64,000 nucleotides of DNA, from positions 32,001 through 96,000 of the forward strand of contig JAYFMW010000001.1 of assembly GCA_042408215.1 (NCBI GenBank), in the 5' to 3' direction. The notes beneath the pieces were generated by a model. That model was given only the letters and a program-made list of their open reading frames with translations. It made no database searches and had not been told where the DNA came from. Made by a program: the position numbers and the translations under genes. Below, in pieces: positions 30,559 through 41,096 of the stretch (the first letter of the stretch is position 1; every line of letters starts with the position of its first letter). This DNA is from Microcoleus sp. Its GTDB lineage: Bacteria > Cyanobacteriota > Cyanobacteriia > Cyanobacteriales > Microcoleaceae.

Positions 30559-31245
30559 TTACTTCATATTCCCCGATGAATTCGGCTGACAAATCATTTG
30601 TCTCGCCGAATTAACTGCTTGACCAGCCGTACTTTGCAAAGCCGGGGAATTCTGATACATAGCCTGCAAATCTTGCACATCTTTGAACACCCGCTGGTAG
30701 ACAGCCATAGCTTGATTCCCGTCAACTTCTAAAGCCTTCGGGCTGTAATTTTGCATCACTTCCATCAGCGACATTTTGCCATCTTTAGAAGCTGCTACCA
30801 AAGCATCCCGCAGTGCTGGTGCGCTTTCAGCGCGAGTTGCGGGACTATAAGCAACCTCCCCCAATTGTTTGAAAACAATTTCCCCAAAGTAAGTATTTGC
30901 CAGCCTTGCTACTAATTGAGAATCTAGAGGCACTTCTCGCGTTAAGATATCGCGCACTAATTCAGGAGTTTGTTTGGCCAGACTCAGAACACTTTGCAGT
31001 TGAGGTGATGGTTTGCCAGTTTGTGCCAAGCTTTGGAAGTCGCTCATCGGTAAAGTTACGTCAACAGCGCCGTATTTCACGGTGACTTGTTCTAATGCAA
31101 AAGCCTTGCCGCTGCTCAGCAACACTGTACTTGTTCCCAACAAAAGTGCCAAACCTAATGATAAAGACTTGGACATTTTCTTGGTTAAATGAGCTGACTG
31201 CCGGCCCATTCCATCGAGAGCACCTGATTGAAACTGAAAGTTCAT
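30559..31245 (-). CDS. DUF1400-like exported protein
   Basis: Signal peptide ending AFA; EQVTVKYG...ALRDALV.A..DG..SL.EV. Confidence 0.75.
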   Translation of the reverse strand: MNFQFQSGALDGMGRQSAHLTKKMSKSLSLGLALLLGTSTVLLSSGKAFALEQVTVKYGAVDVTLPMSDFQSLAQTGKPSPQLQSVLSLAKQTPELVRDILTREVPLDSQLVARLANTYFGEIVFKQLGEVAYSPATRAESAPALRDALVAASKDGKMSLMEVMQNYSPKALEVDGNQAMAVYQRVFKDVQDLQAMYQNSPALQSTAGQAVNSARQMICQPNSSGNMK

Positions 31246-31465
31246 GGGTTTCTGCCTTTTTACGTCAAAATACTTTTTTGAGCGATCGTCTCTGTGCGTG
31301 TCAGTCTGGAAAATTGGCTTTCTAGTTCCCTAAATGACCAATTATTCTACTGTTATGTCAAGCCACTTTAACCTATCAAAATATCGGTGTCAATTGCCAA
31401 TTTATATGTTAAGTTTTTTGACGGGGATTTTTTCGACTTGACCTTAGTTCAATGCCGAAGGAAAG

Positions 31466-32290
31466 TCAGTCGATCGCATCGAGCCGATCGAGCAATTGAC
31501 GAATTCTAGCAGCATCAGGAGCATGAGGAGCATTTCTCAGATATATTGCTAAATCACTGCGCGCTTCCGTCAAGCGGCCAAGTTGATAGTAGAGAATTCC
31601 GCGATCGCGCCTTTCCCCCAGTGCATCTGGAAATAGCAACAAAATCCGTTCCACCGCCCCCAAAACCCCGATCGCATCTCGTTGGCTCAGATAAATCGCC
31701 TTCAGATTTCCCAGCATTCGCCCCAACAATTGCCTGGGACTTACCGGCGCGAGAAATGCCGGCTGCAACTCCACAGATTGACCGTAAATTTGGGAAATTC
31801 TCGCTTGACAATCTTCAGGAAATAAGATATCGCCGCTGTTGAACACATCAACAAAAATGCCAGCATCTTCAAAATCTGGCTTAATTAAAAAATGTCCAGG
31901 CATCCCAATTCCCACCATCGGAAAATCAATCCGTTTAGCAACTTCCAAATAAACCAGAGACAAAGAGATCGGAATACCAGTACGCCGATCGATCACTTGA
32001 TTCAAAAAGCTATTGCGAGGATCGTAATAATCAGCATCATTCCCCGCAAATTCCAAATCCTCGTATAAGTAGCGGTTAATAGTTTGAATTACTCGCAGGG
32101 GATAATTCTGTGCCGGCAGGCGATCGCGCAATTCATCCGCCATCGCATCCAGGATGTTTAAATACTCCTGGGGATCGAAATTTGGGTATTCTTCTAAAGC
32201 TATGTAAAGGGCAGCTTTCGCCAGATCGATCGAGCTATCTGGCTGATTAATCTCTCGATAAAATAGTTGTCGCGCTCTCGGAAAATCCAT
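31466..32290 (-). CDS. SirB1 / transglutaminase-like TPR protein
   Basis: YYDPRNSFLNQVIDRRTGIPISLS, GMPGHFL, ERRDRG. Confidence 0.92.
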   Translation of the reverse strand: MDFPRARQLFYREINQPDSSIDLAKAALYIALEEYPNFDPQEYLNILDAMADELRDRLPAQNYPLRVIQTINRYLYEDLEFAGNDADYYDPRNSFLNQVIDRRTGIPISLSLVYLEVAKRIDFPMVGIGMPGHFLIKPDFEDAGIFVDVFNSGDILFPEDCQARISQIYGQSVELQPAFLAPVSPRQLLGRMLGNLKAIYLSQRDAIGVLGAVERILLLFPDALGERRDRGILYYQLGRLTEARSDLAIYLRNAPHAPDAARIRQLLDRLDAID

Positions 32291-32486
32291 TGTTATTATT
32301 GATTAATTTGTCATTCACATTCTCTGCCAATATCACAAACAGGCAAGATGCCTGTTCCACCAGAAATATTTTTATTGTAACATAGACATTTTTTCTGATA
32401 AACTAGGCGTTGTATATGTAAAACAGGCATCTTGCCTGTTGCTAAAAAAAACTTAAAAAGGTACATTATTTCACTTTTAATATACT

Positions 32487-33242
32487 CTAATTTTTTTCAT
32501 CTAAATCAGCCACTATTTTTAATAAAGCTTCACGATAGATTTTTTTGCCATCAAGATTAAGATGAACACCATCCGATGTCAAATTAGCCTTCAAAGCTTT
32601 ACCCTCAAATAACCGCTGCACGCCTGCTGCATAAATAGGTAACTTTTGGGCCGCAGCCACTTGACGAATCAACTGATTAAACCGATCGACTCTCGGAATA
32701 GGAGCCGCAACACTGACATCATGGCTAGCCTCAACAGTCGAGTAAAAAGCTGTCAGCAAAACCACCTGTTTCGCCCCCATATTTTTTTTGATAGTAGCGA
32801 TTATTTGCCTCATATTTTTCAGAAATTGCTCATCCATAGTTCTATAAATAGCATCATTAGTACCGAGAGCAATAATCGCTCGATCGCACCGAATGTTAGC
32901 AGCAGTTAACAACTTTAGCTGTTCTAGCTGAGAAATCGCACTCATCCCGCCGATCGCAAAATTAAAACTCTCGTTTCCCAGAGTATTTCCCAGCATCGAA
33001 GTGATCGAATCCCCAAAAAAACAAGTTCTTATTTGCTTATTCTGGGTAACAGCAACTTGATATTTTACCTCATCTTGCCACCCAGATTGAGAACTCAGCG
33101 TATCTGTTGGCAATTCTAGATAATTCCCATTCGCCATTACCAAACCTCTACCCAAATAGCCCCGATTCCCTGCATAGAGGAAGATCGCAGATAGCAAAAT
33201 TATATTCAAAACAATTGACACAAAGGCAATCAGGTTTTTCAT
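32487..33242 (-). CDS. SGNH/GDSL hydrolase
   Basis: FFGDSIT, GTND, DGVHL. Confidence 0.9.
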   Translation of the reverse strand: MKNLIAFVSIVLNIILLSAIFLYAGNRGYLGRGLVMANGNYLELPTDTLSSQSGWQDEVKYQVAVTQNKQIRTCFFGDSITSMLGNTLGNESFNFAIGGMSAISQLEQLKLLTAANIRCDRAIIALGTNDAIYRTMDEQFLKNMRQIIATIKKNMGAKQVVLLTAFYSTVEASHDVSVAAPIPRVDRFNQLIRQVAAAQKLPIYAAGVQRLFEGKALKANLTSDGVHLNLDGKKIYREALLKIVADLDEKN

Positions 33243-33265
33243 TTTTCATTTTTCCATTGTAATTA

Positions 33266-35158
33266 TCAAATTCCATGACTTTTGCCAATCACCCAACTGC
33301 GGCGAAAAATGCGAGCCAGAGTCGATTCTTCCAAAGCAAAATAGATCGGGCGGCCATGAGGACAAGTGCGGGGATTACGAGTTTGTTGCCATTCATTCAA
33401 CAAATTTTGCATTTCATCCAGACTTAAAGGAGTACCATTTCGCATAGCACTGCGACAAGCCGTAGCAACTTGAGCCGCTTGCAAATCGGCTACTTTACTG
33501 AGTTCAAAAAGAGCATCTGCACAATCATCTCTATCGGCCAACAATAGCGGTACTTCCCGCGCCGCCCATAGCTGTTCGCCAAAAGTTTCTACCTCCAAAC
33601 CCAAGCGGGACAAATTCTCAATTTGAAGTGCAGATAATTGGCTAAGAATTACAGGCTTGTCTAGAGATTTTAGCTGCCAAGCATTACACAATTGCTCGTA
33701 CAAAACTCGCTCATGAGCGATGTGTTGTTCCACCAACCACATTCCGCTGGGATGTTCCGCCACAATATAAGTATTATGAACTTGAGCGATCGCCCTCAAT
33801 TCCATCAATCCTATTTTGTGATTTTTTACCTCTTCATCACCATCATTCCGTGAAGTAGAACTACTGGCAAGATAAGCACCCTTTTGTTCCGATGCCTTCA
33901 GCAATTGTCCGACTCGATCGGGAATGGTCGGCTGCGGCAAAACATCTTCATTCAACTCCAAAGCTCTAGCAATTGCTGCTCTAACTTGCTCTTGCCAAAA
34001 ACTCGGATTGTGCAAATAAATTTCCACCTTAGCCGGGTGGCGGTTCCAGTCAATTTCAGAGGGAGAAATTTGTAAGTGAACAAAACAAACGGGATAGCGA
34101 TCGCGCGGACAAGTGCGTGCAAAGGCGCTGAGAATAGTTTGCTCTAATTCGGGCGATCGCACAACTCGCCGATTCACCCCAACTTTCACCCAATCCGGCC
34201 GCCTGCGGTGACAGCGATCGGGCAAACCAATTACTAACTCCAAAGATTGGGAATTGGGCATGGGGCATTGGGAATTGGGAATTGGGAATTGGGAATTGGG
34301 AATTGGGAATTGGTAACTCGGCTCGGTTTTTGACAAAACCAATTGCGTCTTTGCCAAATAATCTGGTGCTTTACTAATGCTTGGAAAAGAGGGCAAACTT
34401 ACCTTGAAATACTGCAAATCATTCACGCGAATTCCCCGCACAAATTGAGGTAAAATTTGTTGTGCTGTGCTACCAGGAGTTATGTGGAAACAAGGCGTAT
34501 TTTCTTGTCGCAACTGCCAATTAACCTGCGGGTGACAAAGAGCAATTTGCTGAATCATTAATTGTATCGATCGCACCTGGGGACCTTGGGCCAAAAAACC
34601 CCGACGGACTGGCCAATTCCCAAACAAATTACTAACAGTGACTACCGTACCGGGTGCGATCGCAGTTGATGCCACCTCCACAGGCTCGCCAGCGCCATCA
34701 TAAACCACCCGCCAGCCCGATCGAGCATTTTCAATTCCCCCCCTTAACAAAGAGAGATTTTCCCCGGTCACAGGCTCTCGCTTTTCCCCAAAATCGGCGA
34801 ATCCCAAATCATTTGGCCGGCTACAAATCTCCAACTCACCCAACTGAGCCAAACTGTGCAAAGCTTCCCCACGAAATCCCAAAGTAGCAATTTTATAAAG
34901 ATCTGCTTCAGTGCTAATTTTGCTCGTACTGTGAGCCGAAGCCGCCTGCTGCAAATTTTCCAAATCCATACCCACACCATTATCTGCAACTTGCAGCCGC
35001 CACTGTTGGGGCCAGATAGAAACAACTATCCGAGTTGCGCCAGCATCCAGAGAATTTTCCACTAATTCTCGCACCGCAGCAGCGATCGAGTCTACGACTT
35101 CGCCAGCGGCAATTAAATCGATCACTTCTGCGGGTAAGGTTTGAATAATAGCTGTCAT
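33266..35158 (-). CDS. mutL: DNA mismatch repair protein MutL
   Basis: [46 protein letters not shown]. Confidence 0.97.
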   Translation of the reverse strand: MTAIIQTLPAEVIDLIAAGEVVDSIAAAVRELVENSLDAGATRIVVSIWPQQWRLQVADNGVGMDLENLQQAASAHSTSKISTEADLYKIATLGFRGEALHSLAQLGELEICSRPNDLGFADFGEKREPVTGENLSLLRGGIENARSGWRVVYDGAGEPVEVASTAIAPGTVVTVSNLFGNWPVRRGFLAQGPQVRSIQLMIQQIALCHPQVNWQLRQENTPCFHITPGSTAQQILPQFVRGIRVNDLQYFKVSLPSFPSISKAPDYLAKTQLVLSKTEPSYQFPIPNSQFPIPNSQCPMPNSQSLELVIGLPDRCHRRRPDWVKVGVNRRVVRSPELEQTILSAFARTCPRDRYPVCFVHLQISPSEIDWNRHPAKVEIYLHNPSFWQEQVRAAIARALELNEDVLPQPTIPDRVGQLLKASEQKGAYLASSSTSRNDGDEEVKNHKIGLMELRAIAQVHNTYIVAEHPSGMWLVEQHIAHERVLYEQLCNAWQLKSLDKPVILSQLSALQIENLSRLGLEVETFGEQLWAAREVPLLLADRDDCADALFELSKVADLQAAQVATACRSAMRNGTPLSLDEMQNLLNEWQQTRNPRTCPHGRPIYFALEESTLARIFRRSWVIGKSHGI

Positions 35159-35292
35159 CAGAATTTTAGATTTTAATCTTTATAGGAACCAACTTTTCGC
35201 CTTCACCAGAAATATTTTTTTTGAAACAGGTATTTTCACTGTTCCTACATTCAATTCTACTCGATCGCGCAACAGCTATTAAACTCGATCTG

Positions 35293-36387
35293 CTAACTGG
35301 TAATTTTCGGCAACCGAATATAAAAAGTTGTCCCTTGTTGGTCTTCCGACTCATAAGTAATTTCCCCTTGATGAGCATCCACGATCGACTTAGCAATCGC
35401 CGTCCCCAACCCAGTACCAGTCCGCTTTCCATAAGTCACAAACGGTTCAAATAACTTCTCCTTAATTGACTGCGGAATGCCCGGCCCATTATCGTAAATG
35501 CTAATTTCTGCCCATTCCTCACTTTCCCACGCAGCAATCTCCACCCGCCCCCCGCGTCCGCCAAAAGCCTCAACAGCATTCCCAACTAAATTTTGTAAAA
35601 CGCGCAAAATCTTATTTTCGTCCGCTTCGACTATCACTTCTGTCACCCGTATTTCCAAATCTACTTTTGCCGCATCAAAATAAACCCTATTCAATTTTAA
35701 AAACTGCTGCAACGTCTGGATTAGATGAACTGGTTTTTTATTTAAAACTGAGTTACCACGCGAAAATTCTAACACTTCCTCGGCCATCCCCAACATTCGC
35801 AGCACCTGCAATTGAATCAGTTCGCACCACTCCTGACTTTCCTCATCCGGGTGCATTTCTTTGAGCATTTCACTTGAGAGTTTAATCCCCGTAAAAGGAC
35901 TTTTGAAATCGTGAATAATTGTGCTGACCATTTCGCCCAGCAACACCATTTTCTGTTTGTGTACGAACTGGTTAACATATTGATCGGTTGTATCCCGCAA
36001 ATTTTTAGTAATGAAACTAAACATTTGCAGTACCGCACTGCCTTTAGCAAATTGGAGAGTTTCTATCAGTGCTTCGCGGCCGATTTTTGCCAAAGTCGAA
36101 CCGCCACCCGCCACAGCTCTAGCACTGCGTGGCTCCCCGTCTAAAACTCCTAGTTCCCCAATAAAATCGTCCGGTTTAGCTACAGCAACAGTTTGATATT
36201 TATTGCTGTCTATTCGCTTGCTCAACTCGACTTCACCTTCTAAAACTAGATACAAAAAATCCGCTTGTTGTCCTTCTTCAAAAACCAGCGTTTCCTCGAC
36301 AAAACTCTCCAAGACAGCTATTTGGCATAGGTGCGCGGCTTGCTCTGGTTCAAAATAGGACATAAATCGATGAGATGCCAGATCCAT
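35293..36387 (-). CDS. cNMP-binding-domain sensor histidine kinase
   Basis: GELGVLDGEPRSA; IIHDFKSP; NLVGNA; DNGPG; GTGLG. Confidence 0.93.
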   Translation of the reverse strand: MDLASHRFMSYFEPEQAAHLCQIAVLESFVEETLVFEEGQQADFLYLVLEGEVELSKRIDSNKYQTVAVAKPDDFIGELGVLDGEPRSARAVAGGGSTLAKIGREALIETLQFAKGSAVLQMFSFITKNLRDTTDQYVNQFVHKQKMVLLGEMVSTIIHDFKSPFTGIKLSSEMLKEMHPDEESQEWCELIQLQVLRMLGMAEEVLEFSRGNSVLNKKPVHLIQTLQQFLKLNRVYFDAAKVDLEIRVTEVIVEADENKILRVLQNLVGNAVEAFGGRGGRVEIAAWESEEWAEISIYDNGPGIPQSIKEKLFEPFVTYGKRTGTGLGTAIAKSIVDAHQGEITYESEDQQGTTFYIRLPKITS

Positions 36388-36611
36388 GTGAGAATACCCA
36401 AGACTTAATTTAAACAGTTTCTTTCTTCTATCTTCGCCGATCGCGCTCGGTGCGTTAATAAAATACAATACTGCTGTAATCTGCTTCTAATTTCTGGCAT
36501 CCCCGGCTTTGATAGACGCCCCTGTGTCTGGGATGCACAGCCAGACTAGGATAGCAGCAGCAATCTCACTAAAATTATCGCAAAGACGACAATACATAAA
36601 TATGGTAACTT

Positions 36612-37920
36612 TTGAAATACTCACCGGGCTAAAGCCACGGTGATTCTTGACGCTTCATCGGGTTCTGCTACCGAAATAGTCTGACAATCCCTCTGCGCCC
36701 GTTTAGAGTCGTGGCGATTTCCCATCCCGACTTTCTCAATATTTTTAGCTGCATTTTCATCTCTATCTTGTTCAGTGCCACAATTCAAGCAAAGCACTGA
36801 GCGGATAGACAAGTCGATTTTGCCCCATTTAAAGCCACAGTCTGAACATATCTGACTGGTTGGTTCCCATCGACTAATTACTTTGAACTCTCTGCCAAAC
36901 TTTTCAGACTTAGCCTCGCAAAGCGTTCGGAATTCGTACCAGCCTTGCTGACTAATTGCCTTTGAGAGTTTCCGGTTCTTGACCATGCCCGATACATTTA
37001 AATCTTCCAAAACAATCACTTGGTTTTCGTTGACTATTTTGGTGGACAATTTGTGCAAGAAATCTTTGCGAGTATCGGCAATGCGGTTGTGCAGTTTAGC
37101 GATTCTAATCCGAGTTACATTCCTTCGTTTAGAGTCTTTGGGCTGGCGGGCTAATTTGCGCTGTAGTTTGCGAACATTCCGGTCTAGTTTCTTATAGCTA
37201 GGACTTTCGGCTTTCTCGCCGTTACTCATTACCGCGAAGGTTTTGATTCCTAAGTCAATTCCGACACTAGGGTTTTTAGCCTCAGACTGAATTGATTGAA
37301 TTTCTACTACAAAACTCAGGAAATAACGATTTGCACAATCTTTGATTACCGTAACGGAACTGGGTTCAGACGGTAGCTCTCTCGACCAAATTGGGTTAAC
37401 AATTCCAATCTTGGCTAGATAAACTCCATCACCTTTCAAGGAAAATCCACGAAGAGTAAATCTTGCCGATTGACTGCTGGTTCGTTTTTTGAATTTAGGA
37501 TATCCGATTTTACGTCCTTTTCGATTGCCTTTACAGGAATTGAAAAAGTTCTTAAAAGCAATATCCAAGTCGGCAACGGACTGTTGTAAAGGAACGCATG
37601 ACACATTCTCCAGCCAAGTTCTTTCCTCAGTTTGTTTTGCCCCGGTTATGACAATTTTTTGCAAATCTGCCGAACTTGGCTTTTTCTCGGACTGTTTGCA
37701 GAGGGCAAGCGCATCGTTCCAGACCACTCGAACGCAACCAAATAGCTGAGCAAGGCTCTGTTGCTGTTGGTCGGTTGGGTAGAATCTGTAGCGATATCTT
37801 GCTTTCATTATTTACTATTATTTGATTGTTTTATTTTACTATGTATTGCTGATACAATTAACAGGAATGAAGAAAATTAAATCCGTCCTATAAGGACGGG
37901 GCTTCAGACCCCGTTTTTTG
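36612..37920 (-). mobile_element. IS200/IS605-family (tnpB only) element
   Basis: Left end TCAC|CAAAAAACGGGG followed by the CCGTCCTTATAGGACGG hairpin (near-identical to the 17.2-kb element); right end CACCG..CGGTG hairpin ending TTCAA. Confidence 0.85.
36621..37808 (-). CDS. tnpB: TnpB RNA-guided endonuclease, apparently intact
   Basis: YRYRFYPT, GIDLG, IVLEDL, CSDC...CLNC, DRDENAA (canonical D-E-D). Confidence 0.95.
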   Translation of the reverse strand: MKARYRYRFYPTDQQQQSLAQLFGCVRVVWNDALALCKQSEKKPSSADLQKIVITGAKQTEERTWLENVSCVPLQQSVADLDIAFKNFFNSCKGNRKGRKIGYPKFKKRTSSQSARFTLRGFSLKGDGVYLAKIGIVNPIWSRELPSEPSSVTVIKDCANRYFLSFVVEIQSIQSEAKNPSVGIDLGIKTFAVMSNGEKAESPSYKKLDRNVRKLQRKLARQPKDSKRRNVTRIRIAKLHNRIADTRKDFLHKLSTKIVNENQVIVLEDLNVSGMVKNRKLSKAISQQGWYEFRTLCEAKSEKFGREFKVISRWEPTSQICSDCGFKWGKIDLSIRSVLCLNCGTEQDRDENAAKNIEKVGMGNRHDSKRAQRDCQTISVAEPDEASRITVALAR

Positions 37921-37930
37921 GTGAATAAGA

Positions 37931-39139
37931 TTAAAGATACTGAGCTAAAGCGATCGCAGCATTCTGACCGCCAAAGCCAAAACTCAAACAAACCGCATTT
38001 CTCACTTGGGTCGATCGCACCCACCTCACAAAATCCAATTCAAACTCCGGTTTTTTCAATCCAGCGCAAGGCGGCAAGATCTGAGCCTGGATACTCATCA
38101 AACAAAAAGCTACACCCAAAGCTCCCGAAGCCCCCAAAGTATGTCCGGTAGCTCCCTTAGTCGAACTAACAGCAACTCCTCGATCAAACAACTTTTGAAT
38201 CAACAGCGCTTCGTGTTTGTCATTTAACTCCGTTGCAGTACCGTGAGCGTGAATCAAATCTAGATCGACCGCCGATAAATTACTGCGTTTCAAACATTGA
38301 TTTACCGCAGCGATCGCACTTTTTCCTCCCAAGTCTGGCGCATTAACATAACAAGCATCATTTGTCAAGCCAAAACCCAAAACTCGACCGTAAATTTGAG
38401 CACCGCGACTCATTGCCAAATCCGCCGATTCTAATACAAATAAAGCCCCACCTTCGCCGAGCACAAACCCTTCCCGGCCCCGATCAAAAGGATAACAACC
38501 AGTTTTTGCCAAAGCACCCATCCGGTTAAATCCAGCCAGAGTTAGCGGTGTAATTGGCGCTTCCACAGCACCTGCAACAACACGCTGACACTGGCCCGTT
38601 TGGATTAACTCAACAGCTTGGGCGATCGACCAAATACCCGTCGCACAAGCCGCCATCGGCGCTTTGACCGGCCCCGTCGAGCCAATTTCTCTCGCCGCCG
38701 CGATCGCCCCCATATGAGGCAAAAAATCCAGGAATTGGGAATTGGGAATCGGGAATCGGGAATTCTCTTCCTTCTTCCATCCATCCGTTACATCCGTTAC
38801 ATCCGTTACAGAATCCGTTGCCGAACTTCCCTCTTCCCTCTTCCCTCTTAGCAACTGTTCCAAATTGCCCTGAAAACCACGGCTAGAACCAATCACAATC
38901 CCACAATCAGGAATCGGCAAAGTCAAATTAGCATCTTGCAAAGCATCTGCCAAAACCAGCCGAATTACAGTGATTAAATCCGCAGGTTTTGTGCCAATTA
39001 AAGCCAAAGGTTGCGGTTCAAGTTCTAGAAAAGGTTGATGTTGCCGAATTCCCGACTCCCCAGACAACAATCCTTTCCAGCTATTTTCCAGAGAGCCTAA
39101 AGCAGAAACAAGACCAATTCCCGTAACAACAACATCCAC
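37931..39139 (-). CDS. Beta-ketoacyl-ACP synthase (FabF-like)
   Basis: VVVTGIGLVS, AACATG, HAHGTAT, KGATGH, SFGFGGQN. Confidence 0.9.
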   Translation of the reverse strand: MDVVVTGIGLVSALGSLENSWKGLLSGESGIRQHQPFLELEPQPLALIGTKPADLITVIRLVLADALQDANLTLPIPDCGIVIGSSRGFQGNLEQLLRGKREEGSSATDSVTDVTDVTDGWKKEENSRFPIPNSQFLDFLPHMGAIAAAREIGSTGPVKAPMAACATGIWSIAQAVELIQTGQCQRVVAGAVEAPITPLTLAGFNRMGALAKTGCYPFDRGREGFVLGEGGALFVLESADLAMSRGAQIYGRVLGFGLTNDACYVNAPDLGGKSAIAAVNQCLKRSNLSAVDLDLIHAHGTATELNDKHEALLIQKLFDRGVAVSSTKGATGHTLGASGALGVAFCLMSIQAQILPPCAGLKKPEFELDFVRWVRSTQVRNAVCLSFGFGGQNAAIALAQYL

Positions 39140-39310
39140 ATCTGCCCTCAGCCTCCAAAGTTTTTAGTCATTAGTCAGCAGTCATTGCAGTGCGAGCTTC
39201 TGCGCGAGCTCGCGCAGAAGCTCGCACTTACAGCATTTCCTCGCTCGCGGGACGCTCGCACTGCAATTGTAACTAATAATGACTAATGACTAATGACTAA
39301 TAACTAATGA

Positions 39311-40105
39311 CTACTGACTAACAGCCTTAAAATTTTCCAAACCCTGAGTCACAGTAGCCTTCTCAATGCGATCGCCCGCCTCAATCTGATCCACCACTTC
39401 CATCCCTTGCTTCACGTAGCCAAAAACCGCATAGCTACCATCCAAAAACGGTAAATCGGTCAAAGTAAAATAAAACTGAGCAGAAGCCGAATCAGGAGCA
39501 TTCGATCGAGCCATAGCCACAGCCCCACGACTATGCAGCAACACAGGTTTCGCCACCACCTTAGCTTGCTCTAGCGTCGCGCTATAAGTCGGACTTGCGG
39601 CACCTTTAGCTTGAATTTCCAGAGGAATGTAGCGTTCCTGAGCCGTTTTTGGGTCAATAAAACCCCCAGTTCCCAGTCGCGCCGTGGGAAATTTAGGGTC
39701 TTTACCCTGGGGGTCGCCGCCCTGAACCACAAAAGGCTGAGGTTCCCGCACAACTCGGTGAAAAACCAATCCGTCGTAGACTCCCTTCTGAACCAAATCG
39801 ACAAAATTTCCCGCAGTAATTGGAGCATTTGTACCGTCAAGTTCGATCGAAATCGGCGCTCCTTTAACCGTCATCACCACCGTTGCTTTTCCTTGTAAGC
39901 GCGGCAAATTGCTAAATTGCGAACTCGCTGTTTGAACAGCACCAGACGGAGACGGGGACAAAGAAATACTTTCGGCCGACGCAGGATTCGGCGTCGGAGT
40001 AGAATTTGCAGATGGCGAACTACCGCAGCCACCTACAAAAAGCGCACCAATTATTAAAAGTGAGAACAACCACCGCTGAATTCTGATCTGCATTTTCACT
40101 TTCAC
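39311..40105 (-). CDS. Cyclophilin-type peptidyl-prolyl isomerase (lipoprotein)
   Basis: [38 protein letters not shown] lipobox. Confidence 0.95.
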   Translation of the reverse strand: MKVKMQIRIQRWLFSLLIIGALFVGGCGSSPSANSTPTPNPASAESISLSPSPSGAVQTASSQFSNLPRLQGKATVVMTVKGAPISIELDGTNAPITAGNFVDLVQKGVYDGLVFHRVVREPQPFVVQGGDPQGKDPKFPTARLGTGGFIDPKTAQERYIPLEIQAKGAASPTYSATLEQAKVVAKPVLLHSRGAVAMARSNAPDSASAQFYFTLTDLPFLDGSYAVFGYVKQGMEVVDQIEAGDRIEKATVTQGLENFKAVSQ

Positions 40106-40311
40106 TCACTTAGAAACTTTGCAACTAGAGATTTTTATGAGAAATTTAGAAATTGGTAACGAGCAAAACTCTTTAGTCCCCCTTTTTAAGGGGGATTTAG
40201 GGGGATCGAGACTTAGATACAAACGAGAGAGAAAGAGGGTTTCAGTCTTAAGTTGACAAGCCAGGAGTACAGCTTACCAATCCCAAATCCCCAATCCCCA
40301 ATCCCAAATCC

Positions 40312-40878
40312 TTAAAGTCCTTCCAAAGGAACTTGCAAAAATCTAGCCAATTGAGCAGCTTGATTTTCCACCTCAGACAAAGCCAGCGGCTGTCCGACCC
40401 TAGTCAGAGGAAACTGACGGCGGTCTTTGAGCTTCAGATAGATACTGCGGCGGGGACTCAGCCCTTCTTTGATGTCTACCCGCACAGATTGAACGTCCGA
40501 TGTCTTGCAGGTAAAATCTATCTTGCGGTTTTTGCCAGGAAAACCCCAGCGAAAGATGCGAATGCTTCCGGTTTCGCGATCGAACTCATTGTAGCCGCCG
40601 CCGAGATCCCAGAGAACGGTCAGCCACAAGTAAAGCCCCAAAAGCAGCGCACAGACACCGTAGAACCCCATCGCGATGCCTTGGGGGATAAAAATGAGCT
40701 GAGTCGGGTCAGCAAACGGCAGCAGGTTTTTGTGCAAATAGCTGGAAATGCTCGACAGCAGGAAGCCAGTCCCTCCAATGCTGACAATAGTCGCCCACCA
40801 GTAGTTGCTGAAGCGGCGGGAGCCCAAAACCTGCAGGTGCATTACGCGATCGATCGAATTTGTTGTTTGTGCAGTCAT
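40312..40878 (-). CDS. ycf4: Photosystem I assembly protein Ycf4
   Basis: GSRRFSNYWWA, FIPQGI.M.FYG, IFRWGFPGKNR. Confidence 0.97.
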   Translation of the reverse strand: MTAQTTNSIDRVMHLQVLGSRRFSNYWWATIVSIGGTGFLLSSISSYLHKNLLPFADPTQLIFIPQGIAMGFYGVCALLLGLYLWLTVLWDLGGGYNEFDRETGSIRIFRWGFPGKNRKIDFTCKTSDVQSVRVDIKEGLSPRRSIYLKLKDRRQFPLTRVGQPLALSEVENQAAQLARFLQVPLEGL

Positions 40879-41096
40879 AAATTCAAAAGCCTTAAAGCCA
40901 AATCTTAATTCAACTACCGATCGAGTTGAAAATTTGTGAACTTCTAATATATAGTTATGTTAACTTTAATTAGAACCGCCGGGAAGTCCCCACCTATACG
41001 AATGTTAGGTGGGGACAGGTGGCGGGACGACGAAAACACCCCCGACTAAGATCAACGAAACCTTAGCCTGTTAATAAGCAAGAGGATTTTACTAAA

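Noticed and set aside
37931..39139. Ketosynthase as part of a PKS cluster
   Set aside because: No ACP, chain-length factor or tailoring genes nearby
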